A DNA stretch of 41,245 nt from a virus. Under the pieces are notes generated by a model that searched no databases, had not been told where the DNA came from, and worked only from the letters and a program-made list of their open reading frames with translations. A program made the position numbers and the translations under genes. The stretch lies in the UHGV virus genome UHGV-0086138. One strand, given 5' to 3'. Shown in pieces: positions 16,556-26,839 of this stretch. Position 1 is the first letter of the stretch. Each line of letters opens with the position of its first letter.

Positions 16556-17542
16556 ATGGCTGTTAAAGGCTTAATTGCGCTGACGCTGGCAGACTGGGGT
16601 AAGCGCGTCGATCCTAATGGGAAAATCGATAAAATTACCGAACTTCTCAGTCAAACGAATCCGATTCTGGAAGACATGCTGATTGTTGAAGGCAACCTTC
16701 CAACCGGACACCGCACCACCATTCGTTCTGGTTTACCTTCAGCTACCTGGCGTTTGCTGAACTATGGCGTACAGCCAAGCAAATCAACCACAGTGCAGGT
16801 AACCGATTCCGTGGGCATGCTGGAAACCTATGCTGAAGTCGATAAGTCACTGGCTGATCTGAACGGCAATACCGCCGAATTCCGCCTGTCTGAAGACCGC
16901 GCATTTATTGAAGCGATGAATCAGCAGATGGCGCAGACGCTGTTTTATGGTGATTCCAGCGTTAACCCTCAGCAGTTTATGGGACTGTCCTCCCGCTATT
17001 CCAGCCTGTCTGCGGGTAATGCTCAGAACATCATTGATGCTGGTGGCACGGGTACAGATAACACCTCAATCTGGTTAGTGGTGTGGGGCGAAAACACCGT
17101 GCATGGCATCTTCCCGAAAGGGCAGAAGGCTGGCATCCAGATGGAAGATAAAGGCCAGGTGACACTGGAAGATGCTAATGGCGGCAAGTACGAAGGCTAC
17201 CGTACCCATTACAAATGGGACAACGGACTTGCTCTGCGTGACTGGCGTTATGTTGTTCGCATTGCAAACATCGATGTCAGCAATCTTTCAGAACCTTCCT
17301 CTGCCGCAAATATTGCGAAGTTGATGGTTAAAGCACTGCATCGAATTCCAAACCGTGGCATGGGTCGCCCGGTGTTCTACATGAACCGCACTGTAGGCCA
17401 GGCTCTTGATCTGCAATCTCTGGAGAAAACATCTCTGGCGATCAGCGTAAAAGAGACAGAAGGCGAGTGGTGGACTTCATTCCGTGGTGTACCAATCCGT
17501 GAAACTGATGCGCTTCTGGAAACAGAAGCCCGCGTGGTGTAA
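16556..17542 (+). CDS. major capsid protein
   Basis: about 329 aa, position after scaffold, followed by stem-loop; ATG 16556 chosen for RBS spacing (AGAGAGG). Confidence 0.75.
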   Translation: MAVKGLIALTLADWGKRVDPNGKIDKITELLSQTNPILEDMLIVEGNLPTGHRTTIRSGLPSATWRLLNYGVQPSKSTTVQVTDSVGMLETYAEVDKSLADLNGNTAEFRLSEDRAFIEAMNQQMAQTLFYGDSSVNPQQFMGLSSRYSSLSAGNAQNIIDAGGTGTDNTSIWLVVWGENTVHGIFPKGQKAGIQMEDKGQVTLEDANGGKYEGYRTHYKWDNGLALRDWRYVVRIANIDVSNLSEPSSAANIAKLMVKALHRIPNRGMGRPVFYMNRTVGQALDLQSLEKTSLAISVKETEGEWWTSFRGVPIRETDALLETEARVV

Positions 17543-17558
17543 CGCCTGTTATTAACCT

Positions 17559-17578
17559 GTGGGTCGTAACAGACCCAC
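17559..17578 (+). other. stem-loop after major capsid gene (GTGGGTC-GTAACA-GACCCAC), no T-run
   Basis: 7-bp inverted repeat read directly; possible transcript stability/processing element. Confidence 0.4.
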
Positions 17579-17593
17579 TAATGGAGAAAGAAG

Positions 17594-18031
17594 ATGATCA
17601 CCGACAAACTGTTGATGTTCTCCGAAGCTCAGGCGGTTACGAATACCGCGGCTTCTACTGACGTAATCGATCTCGGTCCAATTGACGGAAAACGTCGTGA
17701 TATCGGCGTGGGTTACCCGCTTGAGTTTTGGGCGCTGGTTAACACAGCCGCCGCGGCAAGCGGTGATGCAACTGTAAACATCCAGTTGCAGACGAGTGAG
17801 AATAACAGCTCATGGACCACTATTTATGATAGTGGCGCACTGGCAAAGACCGCCCTGACAGCAGGTAAACGAGTTGTTTCTGCAAAGGTGCCTGCCGGTG
17901 TTCAGCGATATCTGCGTGTTAACTACTCCGTCGCAACTGGCCCACTAACGGCTGGCGAATTCACTGCTGGTATCAGTCTTGATGTTGATGCCAATACGCC
18001 GTATCCGATCCGCTCAAAAGTAACTGGTTAA
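17594..18031 (+). CDS. hypothetical virion protein (possible capsid accessory/decoration)
   Basis: 145 aa immediately after major capsid gene. Confidence 0.45.
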   Translation: MITDKLLMFSEAQAVTNTAASTDVIDLGPIDGKRRDIGVGYPLEFWALVNTAAAASGDATVNIQLQTSENNSSWTTIYDSGALAKTALTAGKRVVSAKVPAGVQRYLRVNYSVATGPLTAGEFTAGISLDVDANTPYPIRSKVTG

Positions 18032-18041
18032 GGTGATATCG

Positions 18042-18377
18042 ATGTCAGGTGAGAAACCAAGATACCGCGTTCTGCGCCTCTCTCATATCCATAACACTCT
18101 GTGGCCGGAGGGGGCAGAAATCGAATACGAAGGTGAGCCTGGTAGCGCACTGGAACCTGTTAACGATGCAGCCAGACAGGCAAAAGCAAAAGTTGCAGGA
18201 AAGGTGTCAATGGCAGCAACCAGCACCAAAATCATCAACGATGTGTCAGATGATGGTGAACTGGATAAGCTCCGTGAAGAGTACGAATTGCTCTTTAACG
18301 AGAAGCCACACCATAACGCCAAAGCCGAAACGCTCCGCGAGAAGATCGCAGATAAGCGTAAAGAACTGGGCGTGTAA
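18042..18377 (+). CDS. hypothetical protein
   Basis: ATG 18042 after AAGGTGA; followed by GC hairpin. Confidence 0.45.
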   Translation: MSGEKPRYRVLRLSHIHNTLWPEGAEIEYEGEPGSALEPVNDAARQAKAKVAGKVSMAATSTKIINDVSDDGELDKLREEYELLFNEKPHHNAKAETLREKIADKRKELGV

Positions 18378-18394
18378 GCCTCGCGAATCAGACA

Positions 18395-18414
18395 AGGGGC
18401 TTCGGCCCCTTTAT
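18395..18414 (+). terminator. terminator-like hairpin (AGGGGC-TTCG-GCCCCT) followed by TTATT
   Basis: read directly. Confidence 0.45.
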
Positions 18415-18433
18415 TGCAGGAGTATAGAAACTT

Positions 18434-19039
18434 ATGGCCTCTGTAGTAGAGATCTGCAATCGTGCGCTGTCCAATATTGGCAATAGCCGCAGCATTAACA
18501 GCCTGACGGAAGCCAGCAAGGAAGCGGGGGAATGTTCGCTGCACTTTGAGGCCTGCCGTGATGCTGTGCTTTCTGATTTTGACTGGAACTTTGCTACCAA
18601 ACGCGTGGCGCTTGCAGATACGAGCAATCCACCGCCTGACTGGGAATATGCGTACCAGTACCCGTCAGATTGTCTGCGCATTACTGAAATTATGCTTCCT
18701 GGTGTACGCAATCCAACAGCAGCAATGCGCGTTCAGTACGAAGTTGGTGCAGACACCAACGGAACAGGAAAGTTGATCTACACAGACCAGCCTCAGGCAT
18801 GGCTCAAGTATGTCTCTCGCGTTACAGATGTGAACATGTTTGATGCCATTTTTATGGAGGCGTTGGCCTGGCGTCTTGCGGCAGCTATTAACATGGCGCT
18901 GACTGGGAATGCAGACCTCGGTACGTTTGCCCTCAATATGTACAATCGCGTGATTCTTAGTGCTGGCTTGCATAGCCAGAATGAATCACAGGAACCACAG
19001 CCACCGGTTGATGAGTTTACCATTGCGAGGTTGTCCTGA
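18434..19039 (+). CDS. tail tubular protein A-like (T7 gp11-like)
   Basis: 201 aa; N-terminal segment resembles T7 gp11 as recalled; immediately precedes an 823-aa gene. Confidence 0.55.
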   Translation: MASVVEICNRALSNIGNSRSINSLTEASKEAGECSLHFEACRDAVLSDFDWNFATKRVALADTSNPPPDWEYAYQYPSDCLRITEIMLPGVRNPTAAMRVQYEVGADTNGTGKLIYTDQPQAWLKYVSRVTDVNMFDAIFMEALAWRLAAAINMALTGNADLGTFALNMYNRVILSAGLHSQNESQEPQPPVDEFTIARLS

Positions 19040-21510
19040 TGGCTATCAGTTGGATCCAGCCCAGCTTTGCCGGTGGTGAGATTGGACCGTCGTTGTACGG
19101 GCGTATTGACATGGCGAAGTACCAGGTGGCATTGCGCAAGTGCGATAACTTTATCGTGCGGCAGTATGGCGGCGTTGAGAATCGACCTGGTACGCGTTTT
19201 GTCGGTGCCGCCAAATACCCAAATCGGAAATGCCGCCTGATCCCGTTCCAGTTCTCGACGGTTCAGACCTATGCTCTGGAGTTCGGACACCAGTACATGC
19301 GCGTTATCAAAGATGGTGCGTTGGTGCTGAACAGCAGCAATGTTATTTATGAAATTGCCACGCCATATACTGAAGCCGATCTGTTCCGAATTAAATTCAC
19401 GCAAAGCGCAGACGTGCTTACGCTGGTTCATCCGGCATACCCGCCGAAAGAGTTGCGCCGCTATGCGCATGACAACTGGCAACTGGTTGATGTGGTAACG
19501 AAGAACGGGCCATTTGAAGATATCAATATTGACGAGTCAGTGACGGTTTATGCCAGCGCCAGCACCGGGACAATTACGTTAACGGCAAGCGCCTCTATTT
19601 TTGGCTCGGAGCAGGTAGACAAATTGTTCTATCTGGAACAGCCTGCAGTGGATTCAGTGCCGGTATGGGAAACCAGTAAGAGTACGTCGATTGACGATGT
19701 TCGCCGTGCAGACAGTAACTACTATCGCGCTGTTACAGCAGGTAAAACAGGCACTTTGCGCCCTTCGCATACAGAAGGCACATCATGGGATGGCTGGGGC
19801 GGATCCGGTGATGATGATACCGGCATTGAGTGGGAATATCTGCACAGTGGTTTTGGCATTGCCCGTATCACTGCTGCAAATGGAACTACTGCAACTGCCG
19901 AGGTGATTTCCTATATCCCTTCGCAGATAGTTGGCGAGGATAATGCCAGCTATAAATGGGCTAAATATGCCTGGAACAGTATTAACGGTTATCCTGGCAC
20001 TGTTGTTTATTATCAACAACGTCTTTACTTCGCCGCATCGACTGCGTTCCCTCAGACTATCTGGGCCAGCCGTACTGGGGATTATAAGGATTTTGGCAAA
20101 AGCAATCCTACGCAGGATGACGACAGAATTATCTACACCTATGCCGGGCGTCAGGTTAATGAGATCCGCCACCTGATTGATGTTGGTTCGCTGGTGGCGC
20201 TGACTTCCGGAGGTGAGTACGTCATCACCGGCGACCAGAACAAAGTATTAACCCCATCATCATTTGCATTCAGCTCTCAGGGATCAAATGGCTCGAGCAA
20301 TGTCCCACCAATTGCCGTGGCGAATATTGCTCTGTTCGTCCAGGAGAAAGGCAGTGTTGTCCGTGATCTTGCCTACTCATTCGATGTTGACGGCTATCAG
20401 GGGAACGACCTGACCATCCTTGCCAATCATCTTTTTCAGAAGCACAGCATTGTTGACTGGTGCTTCTCTATTGTCCCTTACTCCAGCGCCTTCTGCATTC
20501 GTGATGACGGTAAATTACTGGTGATGACCTATTTGCGTGATCAGCAGGTTTTTGCATGGGCACCACAATCCAGTACCGGAAAATATGAAAGCACATGCAG
20601 TATCAGCGAAGGCAATGAAGATGCGGTGTATTTCGTCGTTAACCGAACCGTTAACGGGCAAACAGTGAGATACATCGAGCGGCTGTCCAGCCGTTTATTT
20701 ACCAGCGATGAAGATGCTTTCTTTGTTGATTCTGGCCTTAGCTATGATGGAAGAAATACGTCTGACAGAACGATGACCATCACTGGTGGTTCTGGTGAAT
20801 GGGATTACCGTGCGGAATATACAATCAGTGTTTCTGGTGGTGCGTACTTCACCAGTAGTGATGTCGGCGCGCAACTACAGTTCCCTTATACCGGAACTAA
20901 TCCTGATACTGGCGATGAGGTGTCAAAAGAATTACGTTGCGACATTATTTCTGTAACCAGCAATACCGCTGTAGTGGTTCGTGCTAACAGGAACGTCCCG
21001 CCATCCCTCAGGAATGTGGCCACCACGAACTGGCAGATGGCGCGCCGGACATTTGGAGGCCTGTCTCATCTTGAAGGCCAGACCGTAAACATTCTCTCTG
21101 ATGCGAACGTGGAACCACAGAAAGTGGTTTCCGGAGGTGCCGTCACGCTGGAATCTCCGGGGGCTGTAGTGCACATCGGCCTGCCAATAACTGCTGAATT
21201 CGAAACACTGGATATCAACATTAACGGACAGGAAACGCTGCTGGACAAAAAACAGGTGATCCCCTCCGTTACTCTGGTTGTGAATGCCAGTCGCGGCATC
21301 TGGGCGACTACGCCCGGCGGTAAATGGTACGAATATCCACAGCGTGAATTCGAGTTCTACGATGATCCTGTTGATGATGCTACCGGAAAAGTAGAAGTGA
21401 AACTGGACAGTAACTGGGGCAAAAACGGACGTGTAAAAATCCGTCAGCTTGATCCGTTGCCGCTGTCTGTTCTTGCCGTTATTCCTCGCCTTACTGTTGG
21501 GGGATTCTGA
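19039..21510 (+). CDS. tail tubular protein B-like (T7 gp12-like)
   Basis: 823 aa; size and synteny after gp11-like gene. Confidence 0.6.
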   Translation: MAISWIQPSFAGGEIGPSLYGRIDMAKYQVALRKCDNFIVRQYGGVENRPGTRFVGAAKYPNRKCRLIPFQFSTVQTYALEFGHQYMRVIKDGALVLNSSNVIYEIATPYTEADLFRIKFTQSADVLTLVHPAYPPKELRRYAHDNWQLVDVVTKNGPFEDINIDESVTVYASASTGTITLTASASIFGSEQVDKLFYLEQPAVDSVPVWETSKSTSIDDVRRADSNYYRAVTAGKTGTLRPSHTEGTSWDGWGGSGDDDTGIEWEYLHSGFGIARITAANGTTATAEVISYIPSQIVGEDNASYKWAKYAWNSINGYPGTVVYYQQRLYFAASTAFPQTIWASRTGDYKDFGKSNPTQDDDRIIYTYAGRQVNEIRHLIDVGSLVALTSGGEYVITGDQNKVLTPSSFAFSSQGSNGSSNVPPIAVANIALFVQEKGSVVRDLAYSFDVDGYQGNDLTILANHLFQKHSIVDWCFSIVPYSSAFCIRDDGKLLVMTYLRDQQVFAWAPQSSTGKYESTCSISEGNEDAVYFVVNRTVNGQTVRYIERLSSRLFTSDEDAFFVDSGLSYDGRNTSDRTMTITGGSGEWDYRAEYTISVSGGAYFTSSDVGAQLQFPYTGTNPDTGDEVSKELRCDIISVTSNTAVVVRANRNVPPSLRNVATTNWQMARRTFGGLSHLEGQTVNILSDANVEPQKVVSGGAVTLESPGAVVHIGLPITAEFETLDININGQETLLDKKQVIPSVTLVVNASRGIWATTPGGKWYEYPQREFEFYDDPVDDATGKVEVKLDSNWGKNGRVKIRQLDPLPLSVLAVIPRLTVGGF

Positions 21511-21974
21511 TGATCGATGTTCGAATTGTTCCCGCTACCGAAGAGCATCTTCAGATGATTTTGCCGGATGTTCGTCAGGCTGATATTGACGAACTGTATG
21601 CGGTATCGCTGATGACTACCGAAGATGCGCTGCGTGTTGGTCTTCGCACTGCGACTATGGCCTGGTCAGGATTTGCGAACGGAGAACTGGTAACCATGTT
21701 TGGCGTATCTCCGGCGTCAATGATCGGTGGCAATGGTACGCCCTGGCTGGTAGGAACCAGCCGTATTGAAAAATATCAGAAGACATTTCTTCGCCACTGC
21801 CGCCCTGTATTGCAGCAGATGCTGGCAGTTTATCCGCGCCTGGAAAACTACGTCGATGAGCGAAACCATGTTGCCAAAGCATGGCTGCACTGGCTTGGAT
21901 TCAGGCTTGAAGAAGCCGCGCCTTATGGTGCTCTTGGTCTTAATTTCCACAGATTTCACATGGAGAGAAAATAA
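21510..21974 (+). CDS. hypothetical internal virion protein
   Basis: 154 aa, synteny with T7-type internal protein genes. Confidence 0.4.
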   Translation: MIDVRIVPATEEHLQMILPDVRQADIDELYAVSLMTTEDALRVGLRTATMAWSGFANGELVTMFGVSPASMIGGNGTPWLVGTSRIEKYQKTFLRHCRPVLQQMLAVYPRLENYVDERNHVAKAWLHWLGFRLEEAAPYGALGLNFHRFHMERK

Positions 21975-22519
21975 TGTGCGATCCGGTTATTGCTGGTGGC
22001 GCAATGCTCGCCATGAGTGGCATTCAGGCATACACCCAGTACCAACAGGGAAAGTATGCCTCGAAGGTTGCAGAAGCGAACGCAGATATAGCCACAGCTC
22101 AGGCAAATGATGCAATAAACAGAGGTAACGCTGAAGCTGAGCAACGGCGCAGAGAGACCCGACAGCGGCTTGGTACACAGGCGGCGACAATGGGGGCTAC
22201 CGGCGCTGATTTATCTACAGGTAACGCGCTGGATATATTTGGTGACACTGCTCAGTTTGGTGCTCTTGATTCGCTAACGACGGTGAATAACGCGCAACGC
22301 GAGGCTTACGGTTATCAGGTGCAGGCTGCCAACTATAAAGCAGAAGCCAGTTCAGCCCGTAAACAGGGGAATGTAGGAGCAGCAACAACATTGCTCACTG
22401 CGCCTCTGAAGGCATACGGTGCGTACCAGATGTTTGGTGGGACGTGGAGTCCGTTTACTCAAAGCACTCCTGCGCCAATCGGGGCAGCAGCAGGAACCAG
22501 ATTACCCGGAGGATTATAA
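21974..22519 (+). CDS. internal virion protein (membrane-associated, gp14-like position)
   Basis: 181 aa, hydrophobic N-terminus, Ala/Gln-rich. Confidence 0.45.
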   Translation: MCDPVIAGGAMLAMSGIQAYTQYQQGKYASKVAEANADIATAQANDAINRGNAEAEQRRRETRQRLGTQAATMGATGADLSTGNALDIFGDTAQFGALDSLTTVNNAQREAYGYQVQAANYKAEASSARKQGNVGAATTLLTAPLKAYGAYQMFGGTWSPFTQSTPAPIGAAAGTRLPGGL

Positions 22520-25140
22520 TGCCAGTCGTACCAACAGTATCCGGACGTCAGGTTGAGAGTCGTGGAGTTCAGTCAGCAGGCTTGCAGACGTTTTCTCAGC
22601 CAGGTATTGGTGATGCTTTTGTTCGGGCAGGGACAGAGGCAATTGATGTTTTTGGTCAGGCAAAACAGCGTGCCAATATTGCCTTTGTTCAGGAGGCATC
22701 CCTTAAACTCAGTCAGACAGGCAGTGATCTGCTGAATAATCCTGAAACAGGATTGCTTAACCTGAAAGGGAAAAATGCTATTGGAAAAGGCCATGAGTAT
22801 ACGCAGCAGTTTGATGCTCAGGTTGAACAACTGGCTATGTCGCTGCCAGATGAACAGGCTCGTAATGCTTTCATGCAGCAGGCGCAGCAACAGCGTATTC
22901 AGTTCACTACGCAGGCCGGGAGGTACGAAATAGGACAGGTTCGCCAGTATGAGGCGGATATGCAGGATGCGACACTAAAAAACCTATCGATGCAGTTCCG
23001 TAACCCGACAATGGCAAACCAGGCAGGATTGAAGGCATATCATAGCATCATCGCTTACGGCGAAGCCCACGGCCAGAGTCAGGAAGAGATCGAACAGAAC
23101 TGGGTTTCGTGGCGCGAGAATGCCGCGAACGGTGCGGCGGAGGCGTGGTATGTGCCGATGTATCAACAGATGATGGGGCCGAACGGCAAGATTGAGGTAA
23201 CCGATACACCGAGTGAGGCGCAGTTATTCTCTGCAATAATCTGGCAGGAGAGTGGCGGAAATCAGTACGGAAAGGACGGAACACCTCTGGTGTCGCCAAA
23301 AGGCGCTGTTGGCGTAGCGCAGGTGACGGAAGATACTGGCCCCGAAGCTGCCCGCCTTGCTGGTGTGCCGTGGGACCGAGATAAATGGTTGAATGACCCG
23401 CGCTATAATGCCCGCTTGGGGCAAGCTTATTTCGGCGCGCAGATGAAGAAATACGACAATAACCCGGTTCTGGCAGTAGCTGCCTATAACGCTGGCCCAG
23501 GAAAGGTTGACGGCTGGATTAAACAGATTGGCGATCCGCGCACAGGCGAAGTCAGTAACGCCCAGTTTGCCGCAGCTATCCCATACGACGAGACGCGCAA
23601 TTATGTGGCAAAAGTAACTGGCAGTGCTGGAGCTATTCCTGGATCTGCGACGATGGAAAACCTCATCGCACAGCCATTCTGGAACGCCATGAGTCCGGAC
23701 AAAAAGTCGCAGATGATGAGCAAGGTTGCTGGCATGTACGACATGCAGGCTTCAGCCGGTCGCGTTGCGCTACAGAGTCGAATGCAGGACGACCTATCCA
23801 AAATTGAGGCCGGTAAGCAGGTGACGCCTATTTCAGCGCACGAATGGGCCGCCGTTATGCCGCTTCAGGCAGCGCCTGCCGAGCGCCTGCAGATGGAAAA
23901 AACCTTCCAGCAATACCAGCAGGCAATGACGCTACAACCTGTTTATCAGACCATCATGCAGGGCAACGTCCAGCAGGGTACCGCCGCCGTGCAGGCAATG
24001 GCACCGCAGGAAAACGACCCTGACTTTAAATACAAAGCCGAGCTTTATGCATCGGCAAAGGTCAAGCTTGGGCAGGTACTGAAGGCGCGGGAAGCGGATC
24101 CGGGGGTATGGCTGCAACAAAACTCTCCGGTTGTGCAGGCTGCATTCCAGCAGTACCTCAATGACCCTTCATCTGGTGAATACCTAGTTTCCCGCATACA
24201 GTCTGAAAAAGACCGCCTGGGGATAATGAGCAAAAAAGTTTTACCGGAGTCCATGGTTAACGACGTACTGCAGCGTATTGACAACACGCAGGAATCTAGC
24301 GTAAAGGCCATTCAGTCGGTGGCGCAGTCGTTCGGCAAATACTCGGATCAGGTGATGTGGCAGGTGCAAAATAAAGCATTCCCAGCTTTAAAGGTTGTAA
24401 TGTCTACAGAAAACCAACGGGCAGCAGATGCGTTGTGGCAAATACGGAATGTATCTACTTCTGATTTGAGATCTGGTTTGGATAAAAACCAGGCAGACAG
24501 TGCAGACTCATCGTGGACAGATCAATTTAAAGATTTTTCTTCAACTCTTATTCCTCAGAGAAATGGTGCTGAAAACTGGACTATTTATAACGAGCAGGGA
24601 AAACGCTTGACCTACAACTACATGCAGCGCGGAATGTCGGCGTCTGATGCAGCAAAACAGGCGTATCAGGACCTTCTCGGCGAGCAGTACCAGACCAATG
24701 GCACTTGGCGGCTACCTAAGCGTGCAGGGATAGATATTCGTGACGTTAACGATGGTGCCAATGCGTATCTGAAAAACCTGTCAGCAGATCAGATTATGCC
24801 GCTTATTGGTGACCCAAGGCTACCTGATGAGGTCAACCGTGAGCAGAGTATCTCCCGCATTCGTGATAATGCGCAGTGGGTTACCAACAGCGACGAAACA
24901 GGACTTACCCTGATGCTCAACGGGCTGATCGTCAACGGTGCCGACGGCAACCCGATTACGGTGCCGTTCAACGATCTGGCGAAACTGGGAACAACCAACC
25001 GATCAGTATGGAACAGCATTACCAAGTTCATTGATACTCCGGTGAAATATACTCCCGGACAGTCTAAGGAATACAGCGCAGAAAGTCAGCGCGACAACCT
25101 GATTAACATTTTCCAGAACGGCCAGCAATCAGGACGATAA
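22519..25140 (+). CDS. internal virion protein with soluble lytic transglycosylase domain
   Basis: ATG 22519 after GGAGGA; SLT-like motifs (IIWQESGGNQ, AYNAGPG). Confidence 0.8.
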   Translation: MPVVPTVSGRQVESRGVQSAGLQTFSQPGIGDAFVRAGTEAIDVFGQAKQRANIAFVQEASLKLSQTGSDLLNNPETGLLNLKGKNAIGKGHEYTQQFDAQVEQLAMSLPDEQARNAFMQQAQQQRIQFTTQAGRYEIGQVRQYEADMQDATLKNLSMQFRNPTMANQAGLKAYHSIIAYGEAHGQSQEEIEQNWVSWRENAANGAAEAWYVPMYQQMMGPNGKIEVTDTPSEAQLFSAIIWQESGGNQYGKDGTPLVSPKGAVGVAQVTEDTGPEAARLAGVPWDRDKWLNDPRYNARLGQAYFGAQMKKYDNNPVLAVAAYNAGPGKVDGWIKQIGDPRTGEVSNAQFAAAIPYDETRNYVAKVTGSAGAIPGSATMENLIAQPFWNAMSPDKKSQMMSKVAGMYDMQASAGRVALQSRMQDDLSKIEAGKQVTPISAHEWAAVMPLQAAPAERLQMEKTFQQYQQAMTLQPVYQTIMQGNVQQGTAAVQAMAPQENDPDFKYKAELYASAKVKLGQVLKAREADPGVWLQQNSPVVQAAFQQYLNDPSSGEYLVSRIQSEKDRLGIMSKKVLPESMVNDVLQRIDNTQESSVKAIQSVAQSFGKYSDQVMWQVQNKAFPALKVVMSTENQRAADALWQIRNVSTSDLRSGLDKNQADSADSSWTDQFKDFSSTLIPQRNGAENWTIYNEQGKRLTYNYMQRGMSASDAAKQAYQDLLGEQYQTNGTWRLPKRAGIDIRDVNDGANAYLKNLSADQIMPLIGDPRLPDEVNREQSISRIRDNAQWVTNSDETGLTLMLNGLIVNGADGNPITVPFNDLAKLGTTNRSVWNSITKFIDTPVKYTPGQSKEYSAESQRDNLINIFQNGQQSGR

Positions 25141-25141
25141 C

Positions 25142-26839
25142 ATGCCAATTTACACAGATGATCCGGGACAGGGCATTAACCAGCCAATTGGCAACGCGCC
25201 AGCAGGGCTTGGCGAATCGCTGCTTTCTTCCCTTAAGCAGGGATTTGAAGAGGGGCCGGTCATGTCCGGCTACCGCTTTGCGCAGGCCGACTCGCTGACG
25301 AATGACCCAAACTCTACAGTTATCAGTAAGCAGGACGCAGATGAGCTCCTGAAGCAGTACGGCGTAAAGAGCATAAACGTGCCAGATTCTGGCGTTACGC
25401 AGGCTTTTCTCGATCATGTTATTGCCGAACGCAAAGATTCTCTGGCACGCCAGCAGATTGCGATGTCGGCACCGAGCGGGTGGGTAGCCACGCCGCTTAA
25501 TTTCGCAGCCAGCCTAGCTGGTTCAATGGCAGATCCTGGTAACGTGGCGCTGGCGCTGGTTCCGTTCGCTGGAGAAGCAAAGGCAGCTTCTGTGCTTGGC
25601 CGATTTGGCGAGCGATTTGTTGCTGGTGCACGCATGGGGGCAGCGCAGGCGGTGGTGACCGTGCCGCTTACCGGGCTGGCAGCGGCGGCGGAAGGTGACG
25701 ACTTCACCTATAGCAACGCGTTGGAAAGTACTTTCTTTAACACGATGGCTGGCGGCCTAATGCATGCCGGCGGCGGCCTTATCGCCGATATCGTGCGACC
25801 GCGTCGCGTTCCCGATGCTGCAACGGGAGAGTCCCCGGCGTTTTCTGGCGATGCGCAGCCAACCCCGGTGATAACGCCTGACAACATTCCGGCGGGCGTG
25901 AATATCCCTGAGGTTGGCGCTAACGCAGATCTGGCGGCGGCCATTTCCAGTGAAGCGGAGAGCTACGCATACAGCCGGGCTTATGACGACGTGGTTCCTG
26001 ACTATATGGCGCGCCAGCAGGAGTTACAGAGCGGGCAGATCGGTAACGTAGCCGACCTGCGTGCCGAGCTTGCGGCTAATCAACGTCATGCTGACTCGCT
26101 TGATGCGACGCTGCAGCAGCGCACCAAAAAGTATCAGGGGCAGCGGATGAAGTTTAAGGATGCGCGCTCTAGGGCACTGAAAGAGATTCAGGCCGAGAAA
26201 GACGCCATCGCTGCACGCAATCAGGAGATCAACACATCGCTGGAGCAGAACGCGACAGCAGAGCAGGCGCGCTGGCGCCAGTCTCAGATTTCCCGCGGCG
26301 AGATCCCCGACGACCTGAAAGTCACCATTTCCGAGCGTGCGCAGCAGATCCTGGACGGCATGCAGATGTCGCCGGTCGCTGGCGCAGTTCGCACTGCCGC
26401 AAGCGCCATCAGGGATGCTGACTGGAGCGTGAACCAGCAGGCGTATCGCGCTGCGCTGGCACACATGATGGAAGGACGTAGCCCAGATGTTGAGCCCTTC
26501 TATGAACTGCACAAACCGGCACTGCGTGAACGCGCCATCCATCGCATACAGAATCCGGCACGGCAGGTTGATGAAACGGCTCGCCCAGCAAGCGAAACAG
26601 CCGATCGGGTTTATCAAGAAACGCAAAAGGCAGATCATGAAATTACCGCTGCCGCTGCAGACCTTGATAACGAGCTCAACCTGAGTAACGCCCTGCTTGA
26701 CGATATCGCTGTCGATAACCCTGATCTTGCGACCACGTTGCGCCAGAAACTCAATGATATTCGTGTCGACGCCAGCGACAATAGCATGAGCAACGCTTTC
26801 CGGGCATTTGCCGCCTGTATGATTAACCGGGGGATGTGA
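25142..26839 (+). CDS. internal virion / ejection protein
   Basis: 565 aa; Ala-rich; synteny. Confidence 0.5.
   Translation: MPIYTDDPGQGINQPIGNAPAGLGESLLSSLKQGFEEGPVMSGYRFAQADSLTNDPNSTVISKQDADELLKQYGVKSINVPDSGVTQAFLDHVIAERKDSLARQQIAMSAPSGWVATPLNFAASLAGSMADPGNVALALVPFAGEAKAASVLGRFGERFVAGARMGAAQAVVTVPLTGLAAAAEGDDFTYSNALESTFFNTMAGGLMHAGGGLIADIVRPRRVPDAATGESPAFSGDAQPTPVITPDNIPAGVNIPEVGANADLAAAISSEAESYAYSRAYDDVVPDYMARQQELQSGQIGNVADLRAELAANQRHADSLDATLQQRTKKYQGQRMKFKDARSRALKEIQAEKDAIAARNQEINTSLEQNATAEQARWRQSQISRGEIPDDLKVTISERAQQILDGMQMSPVAGAVRTAASAIRDADWSVNQQAYRAALAHMMEGRSPDVEPFYELHKPALRERAIHRIQNPARQVDETARPASETADRVYQETQKADHEITAAAADLDNELNLSNALLDDIAVDNPDLATTLRQKLNDIRVDASDNSMSNAFRAFAACMINRGM

Noticed and set aside
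18793-19482. 229-aa minus-strand ORF overlapping tail tubular genes
   Set aside because: Antisense to two consecutive well-placed structural genes; no independent signals
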